Assembly (NCBI GenBank): GCA_030141605.1
Contig: JAQGDQ010000488.1
Coordinates: 1 to 64,000, forward strand
Origin: Tubiluchus corallicola
Taxonomy: Eukaryota > Animalia > Priapulida
DNA length: 64,000 nucleotides
Direction: 5' to 3'
Positions 13,701 to 25,500 of this stretch are shown in pieces; the first letter of the stretch is position 1; each line of letters starts with the position of its first letter. The position numbers were made by a program, and so were the translations under genes. Below the pieces are notes generated by a model, which saw only the letters and a program-made list of their open reading frames with translations, searched no databases and was not told the origin of the DNA.

Positions 13701-16700
13701 TAGCACTTTGTTCTGCTCGTGTTTTATATGACATATTACCTAAAACAAATTCAAATTCAGTTTATTTCACCAGCAAACTACAATAATGCAAATATACATG
13801 TACAACTTTTTGTATAATTGAAAACAACAAAAATAAAATAAAATAATTTCTCACACCCTAGAAATTCTATATTAAGGTCTTGAAGTGTGCGGCATGGTAG
13901 CTAAAAAGGGGACCTTGAAAAGCCACCATGAAACATGAAATAAAGAATGAAGAAGGTAGATGATGAAAAAAGAAGAGAATAAAGAAGAGCTATGTTGCAG
14001 TTAGTAGAAAGAAAACAGAAGGAAAGAAGAAGTCGAAAGAAAACATAAAATAAGAAAACTAAATAAGTTTAGACATGGACATAGAACATTTATTTTCTCC
14101 AATTAGTTTTACATCAAAAGTTTGTTAAATATTAAGTAATTATAATCATGGAGCAGGACATGGAAGGACCATAGGGTCATCTAGTCTCCTGCCCATTCTT
14201 ATAGATAGATTAGTATATTAAAAATTAACGGTGATGCTGCATATAACAAAAGAAAAACAAATAAGAAAAAATAATAATAAAAATAGTACAAATGATACAA
14301 ATTATCAAAAAGGAACTGAAAACAAAAAAATAATAAAGTTAAATACCTAAATCTAAACAAAACGATACAATTATTCAGTAATTAGGATTATTATATGTAG
14401 TACTTTCAAATGGGGTCTTATTAACAGGGAAATTTGACCAAGGTTAGTGAGTAAAGTTAAAAACTGAGAGTATGGAAAAAAATAAGCATGAAAAGTGTGT
14501 CATATAGAAAAATTTATGAGAAAAAGTAAGTATGAGAAAGAGCAACAATTATTTAGGAAAAAACAAAAACTTGCTAGCTTGCTTATTAGCCTTACAAGTT
14601 ACGTACTATAGGTATATCCATTTAGTACGATATTCGTGTATCTTTTGGAAGCAAAAAATCAGCTTTCTTCAAAGGTATCTTTTGGCAATGAATTCCATAG
14701 CTTAACTCATTGTGATTTTAAGCTATTGAAACCATGTCATGTAAAAAAATCTCTCCACAAAATACTGTTCATTAGAAGCAGCTCTTGTGAAGTAGGAATG
14801 TATATCAGAAACATTAATGAAATATTCACTAAAAAATTCTGGTAATAAACCAGCATTAAATTTTTACATAAATTTGAACAACTCAAGATTGTAAATATCT
14901 CTTACCTTTAAGCTTCGTAATTTTAAGAACGATGGTGTAGCATGATCATATTTGCGAGCAAAAGTTATTAATTTTACCATTTTGTTTTGTTGTTTTCTGT
15001 ATTAATTTTTGAATTGATGCAAAAGCCGTACCCCATGTTAAGATGGAATACTACTGTAAATAAGGGAAAATTAATGAATTATATAGAAGTTTCAGAATAT
15101 TTTGTTCAATGTAGTGCCTTATTTTTAAAATTATTCCGGTAATCCGACTTAATTTGTATGTTATGTGTTTTATATGTGGTTCCCATGTTAATTTGTTATC
15201 AATGAGTAGGCCCAAGCATTTGATGGTGTTCTTCAATAAGGAAGATGATCTGCTACTTGATAAAGCAAAATTCCAGGTAGTTGGTGAGGTCATTTGTGTA
15301 AATGTGATCAATGACTATATTAGTGTGATGAGTTATTCTTGTTGGTTTAGTTATAATTGGCACAAAATTATTAGAGAATAACATGTTTGTATAATTTGTC
15401 ACTGAAGTTTTGCTGTCACTATGTAGTAAATTAATATTTATGTCACCGCATATATAGCAAAATTTGTTAGTTCTGTTAATTAAAGATAATTTGCTTTCTA
15501 GTTCTTCATGAAATACTTCAATGTTAGTATTTGGGTGCCTGTAGATGACTCCAAATAAAATGTTTTTGATGTTGGGTGGAGTTTCTCCAGTTGCATACGG
15601 TTTGTGGAGCCATTTTTACAGTCTGAGTTGTGTATTTTGTATTTAGGCATTTCTGAAAAAATTATAGAGTTTCTGATATACAATCCCACACCACCTGCAT
15701 TGGTTGTAGAGTCTTCACGAATAAATTGATACCCGGGTTAGAGGCGAGCATCGAACGTTCGAGTTCGAATCGAATTCAAATGCTCGAATTCGATTCGAAC
15801 GAGTTTTTTAGTTCGAACTCGATTCGAATGCTCGAATTCGATTCGAACGAGTTTTTTAGTTCGAACTCGATTCGAATCCAAGACTATAGATTCGAATACT
15901 TCAGCACTTCAATCACACACGTTCTTTATCAGTAAAACGATTGAAACATCATGCAATTAGCATAATTTAGCTGTGATATGTGCACACAATTTTAAAGAAA
16001 TTACTAGTCGTTTTATAGCAGAACAAAATCTAGTGATATGCGTGATCTTTGTAAGACTAATTTTTGCTGGTGGTTCGAAAACTTGTTTGAAAATCTTTCG
16101 ATCTCAATTCGAATTCGGTTTGAATTCGAAACACTGAAGTTCGGTTCGATTCGAATTTCACAAATTCAGTTCGATTCGAATTCGCTTTCTGGTAGAGAAT
16201 GCTCACCCCTAACCCCGGGTAAGGGTGTGAGAAAATTGATTTTTTTTAAACGGGTTTGTCTTAGCGCTATAATGTCAGGAGGGTTTTGAAAGTGTAGAAG
16301 AATGTCTAACGAACTAGTTATTACAGGTTAAACAAATCAAGTCCCTATCAGCATTTAAAACAAAATTAAAATCACTAATATTAACCAGATATGAAATATT
16401 ATCACACCAGTACGACAACATACACACTAATTCAGAATTCATATATCCACGGCCATATTAATTAAACCATAGTTTTTTTCATTTTTTTGTGCATAGTTGT
16501 AAATATGTTTGATTTTATTCGTCTTTACGTTCCATTACTGCACAGTAGTTTAGATTGCACTGACGCATTTGCCTTCAGCAGTGTAAGTTTTTGTTAACTA
16601 ACACTGATTGATCATCTATGTAAAGTTTTTATCAGTGATCATCAATGTATCTTAATGGCAAATAAAGATGATTATATATATATATAGTGTAATTTTTGTT

Positions 16701-17571
16701 TATACTACTGACATTAAAATGCACAAAAGTGAAATCCATACTGGTATTTGCTAAATCATCTTGACTAGATAGAGTTGAAAGTTTATAATAATTACTTTCT
16801 TGATAAGGAAGAAAGTTATCAGGTTCAATATTATTAGTGGAAAAGTTAGTAAAAGTAGAAAACTCATGCAAAGAAGGTAGACTGGTCAGAGTCGACATGG
16901 AAGCATCTATTCTAAAAAAATCTTCTATATCCTCATTCTCTTGCTAAATTTTACTTGATTTCATCAGTAATAACTATAATACCTAACACAAAATTCGCAA
17001 AGCAGCCTGAATTTTTTCTGTTTGCATTTTAAGTTATTACAGTAACGTAAAACTTAAGTTATTACTTGTTAATCGGGTAACATGATAACAGGTACAAGAT
17101 ACACGCAAACTATCGTTACTCTAGTTCTAAAACAGTGCATTAACAGCAGTAAACTGAGCATGAACATCAGTAATTTTTTGAAGTGAACCTACCAACGTTA
17201 TTTTCTCCATCACCTTCTGAAATTTTTAAACGAGCCACGAAGCACCTTTCATGAATCATATCACCATTTCTATCCAGCCAGTGTTTTCTGTGGTACAGCT
17301 GAATCAAGTGCCTTAAATTTCCACTAGCTAGTTTTATGATACAACAACACTTACGACTTTGTTGCAAATCTGTCAAATGCGATTTGTCACAGGTTTTAAG
17401 CTTTCGAATTTCAGGTCGGTGCCTGTAATGAAAGCATATAAACTTATCTGCTTCAACAAACTGGGAAAAATAGTTTCTAAGATCGCGTGCGTGATATTCC
17501 CGTGTAATATTACTAATAATCCCGTACGCTATATCTGAGACTTCTAAGACATTTTTTAGCGAATCAGCCAT
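4586..17571 (-). CDS. GPATCH3: G-patch domain-containing protein 3, 7 coding exons, 511 aa
   Basis: Exons 17571-17193, 13739-13517, 10746-10536, 10326-10164, 8224-7983, 7638-7511, 4775-4586; all GT-AG with matching phases, total 1536 nt. Motifs LRNYFSQF, CFHYRHRPE, MPQGNVGTP, EEWDRHEAL, WEKGGAGLVWYTDAQYW, DFDERTADDWDVDMSVY, a G-patch and LLRRNPPTTMKYR match GPATCH3 orthologues as recalled. Confidence 0.95.
5236..5717 (+). mobile_element. hAT (Buster-like) MITE, copy 2
   Basis: Same family as 3976-4456; TSD GTTTAAAT/TTTTAAAT. Confidence 0.9.
6255..6546 (-). mobile_element. tRNA-derived SINE
   Basis: Minus strand reads A box TAGTCTAGTGG, B box GTTCGAACC, core gggtcgtaccacagactttaaaaatggtacc, then AATAAA and an (ATT)n tail; ctccta on both flanks. 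Confidence 0.85.
6839..7280 (+). mobile_element. piggyBac-like MITE, copy 2
   Basis: TTAA TSD and CCCTTTCA termini. Confidence 0.9.
7511..7638 (-). CDS. GPATCH3: GPATCH3 exon 6 (G-patch)
   Basis: GVGRRLMEQQGWKDGEGLGKSVRG...KVGFG; AG/GT bounded; absent from the ORF track. Confidence 0.92.
7983..8224 (-). CDS. GPATCH3: GPATCH3 exon 5
   Basis: DFDERTADDWDVDMSVYFD...GQFEKYTR. Confidence 0.92.
8668..9123. mobile_element. Tc1/mariner-pogo type MITE
   Basis: TA|CAGTCAACCTCGGATATAAGA ... TCTTATACCCGAGGTTGACTG|TA. Confidence 0.85.
10044..10055 (-). promoter_or_regulatory. Possible CTCF site in a GPATCH3 intron
   Basis: Minus strand CCGCTAGGTGGC fits the CCRCYAGRKGGC core, inside a locally GC-rich patch. 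Confidence 0.3.
10164..10326 (-). CDS. GPATCH3: GPATCH3 exon 4
   Basis: EEEWDRHEALYDDVTSQER...WEKGGAGLVWYTDAQYWDQKEG. Confidence 0.92.
10536..10746 (-). CDS. GPATCH3: GPATCH3 exon 3
   Basis: SSKRYGSVPFDY...DKEESESSE|gtac. Confidence 0.88.
11372..11955. mobile_element. TA-flanked MITE (Tc1/mariner-like)
   Basis: Imperfect TIR cag(tag)tctagccttgttatctcgcc / ggcgagataacgagactagactg with flanking TA. Confidence 0.65.
13517..13739 (-). CDS. GPATCH3: GPATCH3 exon 2
   Basis: YKTRAE...EAFTLSDLDKLAEFHPPSVMPQGNVGTP...FPKS. Confidence 0.92.
14600..16900 (-). mobile_element. Internally deleted L2/CR1-type LINE (APE endonuclease plus post-RT region), split by a MITE
   Basis: HFNVSSINK; LPGYQFIREDSTTNAGGVGLYIRNS after removing the 15739-16211 insertion; KCLGLLIDNKLTWEPHI...LYNSLIFPYLQ. 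Confidence 0.8.
15739..16211. mobile_element. hAT MITE rich in TTCGAA palindromes, copy 1
   Basis: TIR tagaggcgagcat / atgctcaccccta; near-perfect TSD acccgggt; inverse copy at 33150-33547. Confidence 0.88.
17193..17571 (-). CDS. GPATCH3: GPATCH3 exon 1
   Basis: ATG at 17571 (MADSLK...); donor G|gtaggt at 17193 (a same-phase G|gtgatg donor 21 nt earlier is possible). Confidence 0.9.
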
Positions 17572-17644
17572 CTTCGCAATCCCCGCTAACAACAAAGTTA
17601 ACGCACCGCCTCAAATACGAAACACGCTTCTGCCATCTATTTGC

Positions 17645-18130
17645 GAAGAAGAAAATCAAGAAACCCACGCGTTACAAAACACACAAAAGTTTTTGAGAAT
17701 AGGAAGATTTCTTTGGAAACAAAAATTAGAATATTCTCAGCCTTAGTTGAAACTGTATTTCTGTATAACTCTGAGCTCTGGACATTAAAAACAAATCATA
17801 AAGCTGAAACCGATGCGTTTCAAAGACGAAATTTCAAAAACAGTTTGGGGTTACATGGCCAAAGAAAATTTCAAATAAAGATCTATATGAAGAAATAAAA
17901 GAAGAACATTGGCCAAAAAATAAAAGGACGCCGTTTAAGATGGATTGGGCATATGCTTAGACTACCTGACGATATTCCAGTGAAGATAGCTCTTCAACAA
18001 GCCATAGAACCAGCTAAACCAGCTAAAAATCTGCAGGAGAAAAAATGTTAATATATTTAGAATTTGCACAGAAAGATTTAAACACTTAGAAATAAATGTA
18101 CTTGGGGCAGTGAAGCGAGCAGGGAGTCCT
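17645..18130 (+). mobile_element. RTE-type LINE 3' fragment
   Basis: ETKIRIFSALVETVFLYNSELWTL...DAFQRR and RRLRWIGHMLRLPDDIPVKIAL, typical of the RTE post-RT region; frameshifted. Confidence 0.8.
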
Positions 18131-18485
18131 GGCATAGGAAGGTCGGCAGAATCATGTCACTGGACGTGTGATTCATTGGATAATGAATGGAGTCTGTTTT
18201 AGTCCCTTCTGAAAAAGTGTTTCCCAGAAATTTTTTTGCTGAAAAATAACTCCCTAGAAAAAAATTTGACAGAAAATTTTTCCCCAGAAAACTTCTCAAC
18301 AAAAATAGTTTTGTTAGAAAACTTGTTTCACGGAAAATAGCATTTCCCCAAAAAGTTTCAACTGAAAAATCAGGATTACTTTTCTAACTGTTAAATGTGC
18401 TATCTTAATCTTAATGCTATCTGTAACTAGAATAAAACCCACGACGTCACTTTCTCTGCTTGCTTCTCTCTCTTTACACCCCCTA

Positions 18486-18489
<4 letters not shown>

Positions 18490-18525
<36 letters not shown>
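18490..18525. repeat. (CT)n microsatellite
   Basis: Seen directly. Confidence 0.95.
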
Positions 18526-18528
<3 letters not shown>

Positions 18529-21500
18529 GTCCTTTTTCTTTCTACTCTAATTTACCTATGCACAGAGTTTATCAAAAAATCTACATATGATTATCAAAAA
18601 TCAAATAATTTAAAATGACGCGATATTAATTAAAAGGAGTCAACATTGTTTTTAATTTTGTTTTGAAAAAAATTAATACTTTATTTTGAAACTTCATTAA
18701 TTGCTACAAGTACAAGTTTTTGGCACTTATAGGCACCAAAACACCGAAACACAAAATGAAAACACCACAGCTTTGTGAACTGTACAGATTAGTGAATATC
18801 TTGGGGCTAACATCTGCCCAATAAACTGGCACAGGTGTCACAGTGACATTCTGATGCATGTAAATCGATCTTCTCTAAACACCAAGAATTCAATTAAATA
18901 ATTCGGAAACAAATTATGTAACATTAACGGCCAATAGCTGATATACCTATAGTGGTCTCCCAACAAATCAGTTGCCAAGCTTTGCATGGCTTACTCTTTC
19001 ATATTCAATCACATGTCTTCATTACTCACTATTGCATATTATGTGATTCGATATCTAATTGTTCTGATGTTATGAGTCTATACTTTCTTGCTTAATTAAA
19101 CGAGTTGACCCAATGATTCCCGGCTATTCATTAATACTGTAGTTGATACAAACTACTTTTTAGCACGTACTATTAAATTTTGCTTTAAAAAGGGTTTATT
19201 ACATTTTCTGTGAATTTTATTTTCCATGAAATGATGGTTCTGCAAAAGAAATTTCTGGGAAACAACTCTACAACATGGGAGTCAGGGATACGTTCAAGCA
19301 TTCAAGGCGGTTGGCCATGATAACTTTTAGTTCTTTGCCATCTCTTTCACAAAAATCAGTTTAACATGATAATATACCTCAAATAAATTAATCATCGTAA
19401 TAATTTTTTTGCATTGTATCATCATTTTATGCATTGCGTTTTTCTTTCTGTAAAAAGGTGATAAATAAAGTTTAAGCAATTTGCACATGGATGGCTAGAA
19501 CTCGTTAAAGTAATAATAAATTATAAAATAATTAATAATTATTATCTTTGTCCTGGTCCTGGAATCTAGATCTGTGGTTAACTGCTTATTCGTTCGCGGT
19601 GTGTATTTCTTTGAACTTCTGCCCTTTTTTAAAACTTAAAAGTTTTACTGCCAAACTCGAACGGTGGATTTTGCTTTGCGTTCTTCGGTGCAGCGCACAG
19701 GATCATGGGTAAAATGATGTTATTCGATGTGTAAACAAACCCGCTTGGCAAATTACATTATCGTCAGTTTCAACAACAATTTTAATGGTGTAGACTGCTG
19801 CAAAGGTGAGCTGACTAACAAAATAAAATGAATTTTTAGAAATCAGCATGGTGGCAACAACAATGACAGCAAATCTAGCCTGATGGCATAGTATGCAAAG
19901 GGTCGAAAGGATATAGAGCGATAATGTTTATGTTTTTTTCTAATTTTGAATGCTTAATAATGTACTAATGTAGTAATGAGTAATGGTAACTGTTACAATC
20001 TGAAAAAGTCATTGTTTCTTTAATTAAATTATCAGCAGTAACTTTGCAAGCTCACCAGTGTCTAATAATAATATTTATGCCCACTGAAGCTAACTAGGTG
20101 ACCTAAAGAAAAAAACAACAAACTGAATAAAAAAAATTAAACAAAAATAAATTATTATAAAGCTGATTTACAGGTTTTCTGCAGTGGTAGCATGCTAAAG
20201 ATGAAAACAGTTGTCGATACGTGAAGGATTCTGGCTGTCATCAAACCAAAATACGAAAGAAGACTATTGTCAGTGCCACAGGAATGGTGTATATAAAGGA
20301 CTTGGATAAAACAAGCAGTATCTGAAAGTACAAGGATCAATGGCAAGGATTTAAATGCTCTGCAAGACTAATGTAAGAAAGGAAGTTAAGGAAGATAAGG
20401 AAGTTGATTTAATGAATTATGTATTTAGAACAAACCTGTATTTCAAGATTGCCGAAAATTTTCATTTCGCTTATGATGCCAACTGGGAGATATAACGTGT
20501 GATTTTTTTTCTATACTAATTCATTAATCAGACTGTATTGTTTAGAACTGATGCAAGAACAAGAATTGGAGTTAGAATTTCCTTTTATTTTTCACCTGTT
20601 AGTAAAAATATTAGTACAATATAACAGTAATAAATTAAAACAAAATGTAAATATGACATTATAATTGATTTTTAATTACTAAGTATAGGGAAAGGGTGGC
20701 AAACGAACGTAAGTTATCAAATCAGCCACCACTATATTTATTTCAGTGTTGAGTGTTATTGCGAGTATGGATAAATTTGCAATACAATAGTTAGTATTTA
20801 CATACCATAAACGTACTGGAAGTTTCAAGTTTACCAAAATTAGTAAAATAGCCTAAAATACATTACAGAAATACGGCATACAAAATTACAAAATACAAAC
20901 ATATTGGTATTAGTTTTTTTAGTTTTAGTTTTTAGACATAATATTTTTTAATTACATTAGTATTTATTTTTTCCAATAATCCGTACATAAATTATCATTA
21001 ATATTAATTTACAAGTATTTACTAAATTTGCTAACTATTAAAAAGTGTACATTTGTTTAATGATTTGTACGAATTAAAGATATATATTGGTGTGAACGTA
21101 TTTGCATGATGCAATAACAAGATCTACAAGAAATTAATGTGATCAGGGCTTTGCAATAATTTTCAATTAAGTTTTTAGGCCTCCTTTATTGGATTCACTT
21201 TTTGGTTGGCAGTCTGGCTACGTAGTTGGTTGATTGATTTGTTGGTTAGTTGTCACTAGGTATGTCTGATTGATGTGCTCGGTTTATTGTTTGGTTAGCT
21301 GTATCTTGCCAGATAAGTTACGTATAAAACATGTAGCCCTAAGCTGTTAACAAGCATTTATTCTCGTACAAGTCAGTGTTCAGCTTGTAGCAGGACGGCA
21401 ACCTGCACGGGTTCGATGTTGGGATTTTCAGTTCTTCCTTCTATTTTCACTTTCATAATTGGCTGGCCTTTTTTCATTTTGATTCTTTTATTTGGAATTA

Positions 21501-21759
21501 ACTTATATAATTATATTATTATTACTTTAATAATAATTACAGTTAGATTCCCAGAACAGTTTTTATTATTAATCTTATAACTATAAATTTTTTTAAACTT
21601 CACTAAACAGTTTACATGCAAAACTCACACATTGCAAAGGCTAAAATGACCAAATCCTGCAAGTGACCAAAACAAAAATTTAATTGTAAACCCAATACTC
21701 CAAAGCTGGTACTTTAATTAGCATTAACGTACTAAAGCAAGAAGTTATTCATTCATTAA

Positions 21760-22183
21760 CCCTTTCATACCTGTTGTATCCCGTAGGATACGAGAAAATT
21801 TTCTGCCTTTAAAATTAATAAAATTAATAACTGACAGTTATTTGATCTGTTAATAGTTATTTTGATTTATGCCAATAACAATAGACTAAAATGGTGATAA
21901 AATGGCAAACTAGAAAATCTACATAGCATAAAAAACTGCACAAGGTACAGTACTTTAGAGACGACTTTGTACAGATCAGCATAGCGTGCATACTAAATGT
22001 CTTAAATACTTTTAAAAATTATCAGCAGTTGCAAAATGAAGCACATTTTTTGCTTTTGTTGTGTTTTTAAAAAAGTTTTGCATATGACAAAGAATGTTGT
22101 GTATCCCGCAGGATACAGTGGGAACAAAAGTACCAAGCCAAAAACTTTTTTCTTGTTAAAAAAATAATTTGGTACTGAAAGGG
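21760..22183 (+). mobile_element. piggyBac-like MITE, copy 3 (25 bp past the pentraxin stop codon)
   Basis: TTAA TSD and CCCTTTCA termini. Confidence 0.9.
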
Positions 22184-22208
22184 TTAAGTGACGTCTGTTT
22201 AATTTTTA

Positions 22209-22555
22209 CTAGTAACCGGATGACGCAAGAGCATTTGTAACTTCGAGCATATCTTGGATTTTTAACAGCTTGTCCAAAGTTGCCAAAGTTTTGTATTGCC
22301 TTTTGAGCACCTTCATGATGCGTGAAATTCGTAAACGTCTATTGTGACCGACGTAGGTAATCAAGTCTACAATAAGCTCAACTTGCTTCTTTGTCAAGTG
22401 GTGAGAGAGTCTAGAAACTTTGGATGGTCCACACGTACTGTCGCTAATAAATGCACCACCCTGAAGACGACCCATAATGTCGTTTCTATCGTCCCATGAA
22501 ATCAGGTGGTGAGAGGGGATGGGGTCAGCATTTACGCAGTTAGCAGCTAGTGACT
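22209..22555 (-). CDS. Pentraxin-like gene, last exon
   Basis: ttttttgcag|AG SLAANC...LISWDDRN...LASSGY*. Confidence 0.8.
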
Positions 22556-25500
22556 CTGCAAAAAATTATAATTCTCATGAAGTTGTAATCTAGTGAATAT
22601 TATAGATGTTCATGTAGAAAGCACATTTGTGTTCATTGGAGCACGTGCTATAGGTTTTACACGTCAAATGTAGACACAGGAAAGTTCAAGTGTGACTTAG
22701 GTAAGTCAAATGTAGACATAAGAATTTCGAATGTGTTTTGGTAACTCAAATGTGACTTAGGTAAGTCAAATGTAGATGCATTACTTTGAATAAATCGGTA
22801 ATTAAGTTATTTAAGTGCAAATTAGAAAAAGATAAACCAAAGATAGTGCATCTATTAGTAGGCCTATAAAGTTATTATTTTAAATTAGGAGCAATTATTA
22901 AATTGAAATTAAAGAAGATTAAATTTAACATCCTTAAACTTTACCATCTATCCACATTTGAGATACCAATGTCACATTTGACTTGACATGTGTCTACATT
23001 TGACTTACCAAAAACGCTTAAGATTTGTTGAAAACCATTGTTAAAACATTTGAACTACCTAAGTCTGAGTTACCAAGACACATTTGAATTACCTAAATCT
23101 ACATTTGACTTAACGTAGGTCTACATTTGACATGTAAAACCTATAAGAGCAGTAGAAAAAATAAAGCAAAACGCAAAGATTATGAAGACAAGATATGTAT
23201 AATGCTAGTTAATTCATAACAGAATTGCAGCAGACATTGCAAGAACTTCTAAACACATAATGAGAATGAAGTGGTGAATGCGTAAGTTAATTACGCTAGA
23301 ACATTACGGATCAAAACAAACAAAGTTGCCGTGTTCCAAAAACGCCTAAAACAAAAAAAATCTCAAATTGCTAGCCCATTCAGAATTCTTAACCTTGTAG
23401 CTATTCCAATACAAGTAATCACTACATCACTTCTACAGCAACTCCAACACATTGCTGGGATGTCATGCTATATTTATAGCTATATGTATAACTTTTGTTT
23501 AGACCATAATACAAGGTTTAGCAAACTGTTAAAAAAGTGACTGATTGGCTACACGGAAAGGCTATAGTTATATAAGGGTCACCACCCACGGAAAGATTAT
23601 AGTTATATAAGGGTCACCACCCACCAGAAACGAGTTTAGCGGATATTGGCCAATGAGCTATCAGAACAAAATATTACTTTTAGCAATTTTTAATTAGATT
23701 GTTGATTAAAAGGTGTGATTTTGTAGTACCATCTTAACTTAGAAGAAACCATGTGTTTTGCAGTATAATCTTAACTTAGAAGAAACCATGTGTTTTGCAG
23801 TACTATCTTAACATAGAAGAAACCATGTGTTTTGCAGTACTATCTTAACCTAGAAGAAACCATGTGTTTTGCAGTACTATCTTAACATAGAAGAAACCAT
23901 GTGTTTTGCAGTACAATCTTAACCTAGAAGAAACCATGTGTTTTGTAGTACAATCTTAACCTAGAAGAAACCATGTGTTTTGCAGTACCATCTTAACCTA
24001 GAAGAAACCATGTGTTTTGCAGTACCATCTTAACCTAGAGGAAACCATGTGTTTTGTAGTACCATATTAACCTAGAAGAAACCATGTGTTTGGTAGTACA
24101 TCTTAACCTAGAAGAAACCATGTGTTTGGTAGTACAATCTTAACCTAGAAGAAACCATGTGTTTTACAGTACCATCGTGACCTAGAAGAAACCATGTGTT
24201 TTGCAGTACCATCTTAACCTAGAAGAAACCATGTGTTCTGTAGTACCATCTTAACCTAGAAGAAACCATGTGTTTTACAGTACCATCTTAACCTAGAAGA
24301 AACCATGTGTTTTGCAGTATAATCTTAACCTACAAGAAACAATGTGTTTTTCAGTATAATCTTAACCTAGAAGAAACCATGTGTTTTGCAGTATAATCTT
24401 AACCTAGAAGCAACCATGTGTTTTGCAGTACAATCTTAACCTAGAAGAGACCATGTGTTTTGCAGTACCATCTTAACCTAGAAGAAACCACGTGTTTTGC
24501 AGTATAATCTTAACCTAGAAGAAATCATGTGTTTTGCAGTACAATCTTAACCTAGAAGAAACCACGTGTTTTGCAGTACACTCTTAACCTACAAGAAACC
24601 ACGTGTTTTGCAGTACACTCAACCTACAAGAAACCACGTGTTTTGCAGTACACTCTTAACCTAGAAGAAACCATACCCACGTCGCAGGATTAATTTTTAT
24701 GAATTTGCACGACAGTACACGTTAAGCAACTAACTCTGCAGCTGGAGAAAGAGCTGCGAATTTTTGTCGAGCTGCCTCCGTTTTGTTTTGGAAAACATAG
24801 CAGCAACAGGAATATCTTTTCCTTAAAAAAGGGCTGCATTACGTGAACTGTTTCGAAAATGTTGTCTATGACCATTTATCTCATCTACAACTGTGGTTTG
24901 AAGAATATTCAACGGTATGAACAAGCCAATACCAATAATACATAATCAATTGATTTAAAAAAATGTCAGTGTTACGCTTTTGCGACGTCGAGCACCTCAC
25001 AAACCACAGCCCACCCCATATTTGTTAGCATGATAAACGACTACTGCTACTGCCACTACCACTATCACAACTACTACTACTGCTGCTGCTACTACCACTA
25101 CCGCCACCACCATGACGACAACGTCTCTAGCTAAGGTAACAACATATGGCACTTGACACGAGGAATCTTTCAGGAACATAATTAAACTTACGTATTTGTG
25201 CGTCGGTCAGCTGTCTTGACCACATTCTGAGGTCCGTTACACTACCCACGAAACTATTTTGTGAGGCATTCATATTAACCTGGTCCTGACCGAAAATGAG
25301 ACACCCGTCACTTGGCACAACTTCGTAAGCGTCACCACTCCTTTTCCTGCGGCGACGACCTTCAATTTGCTCTGAAATTATTGACTAAGTACGCCATCAA
25401 TGTTTATATATTATATGTTGAGGAGCTCGTAGATTTTTTATGGTGGTGACAGCACATGCACGCATGCCCGCACACACACACACAACTCACACACGCGCAC

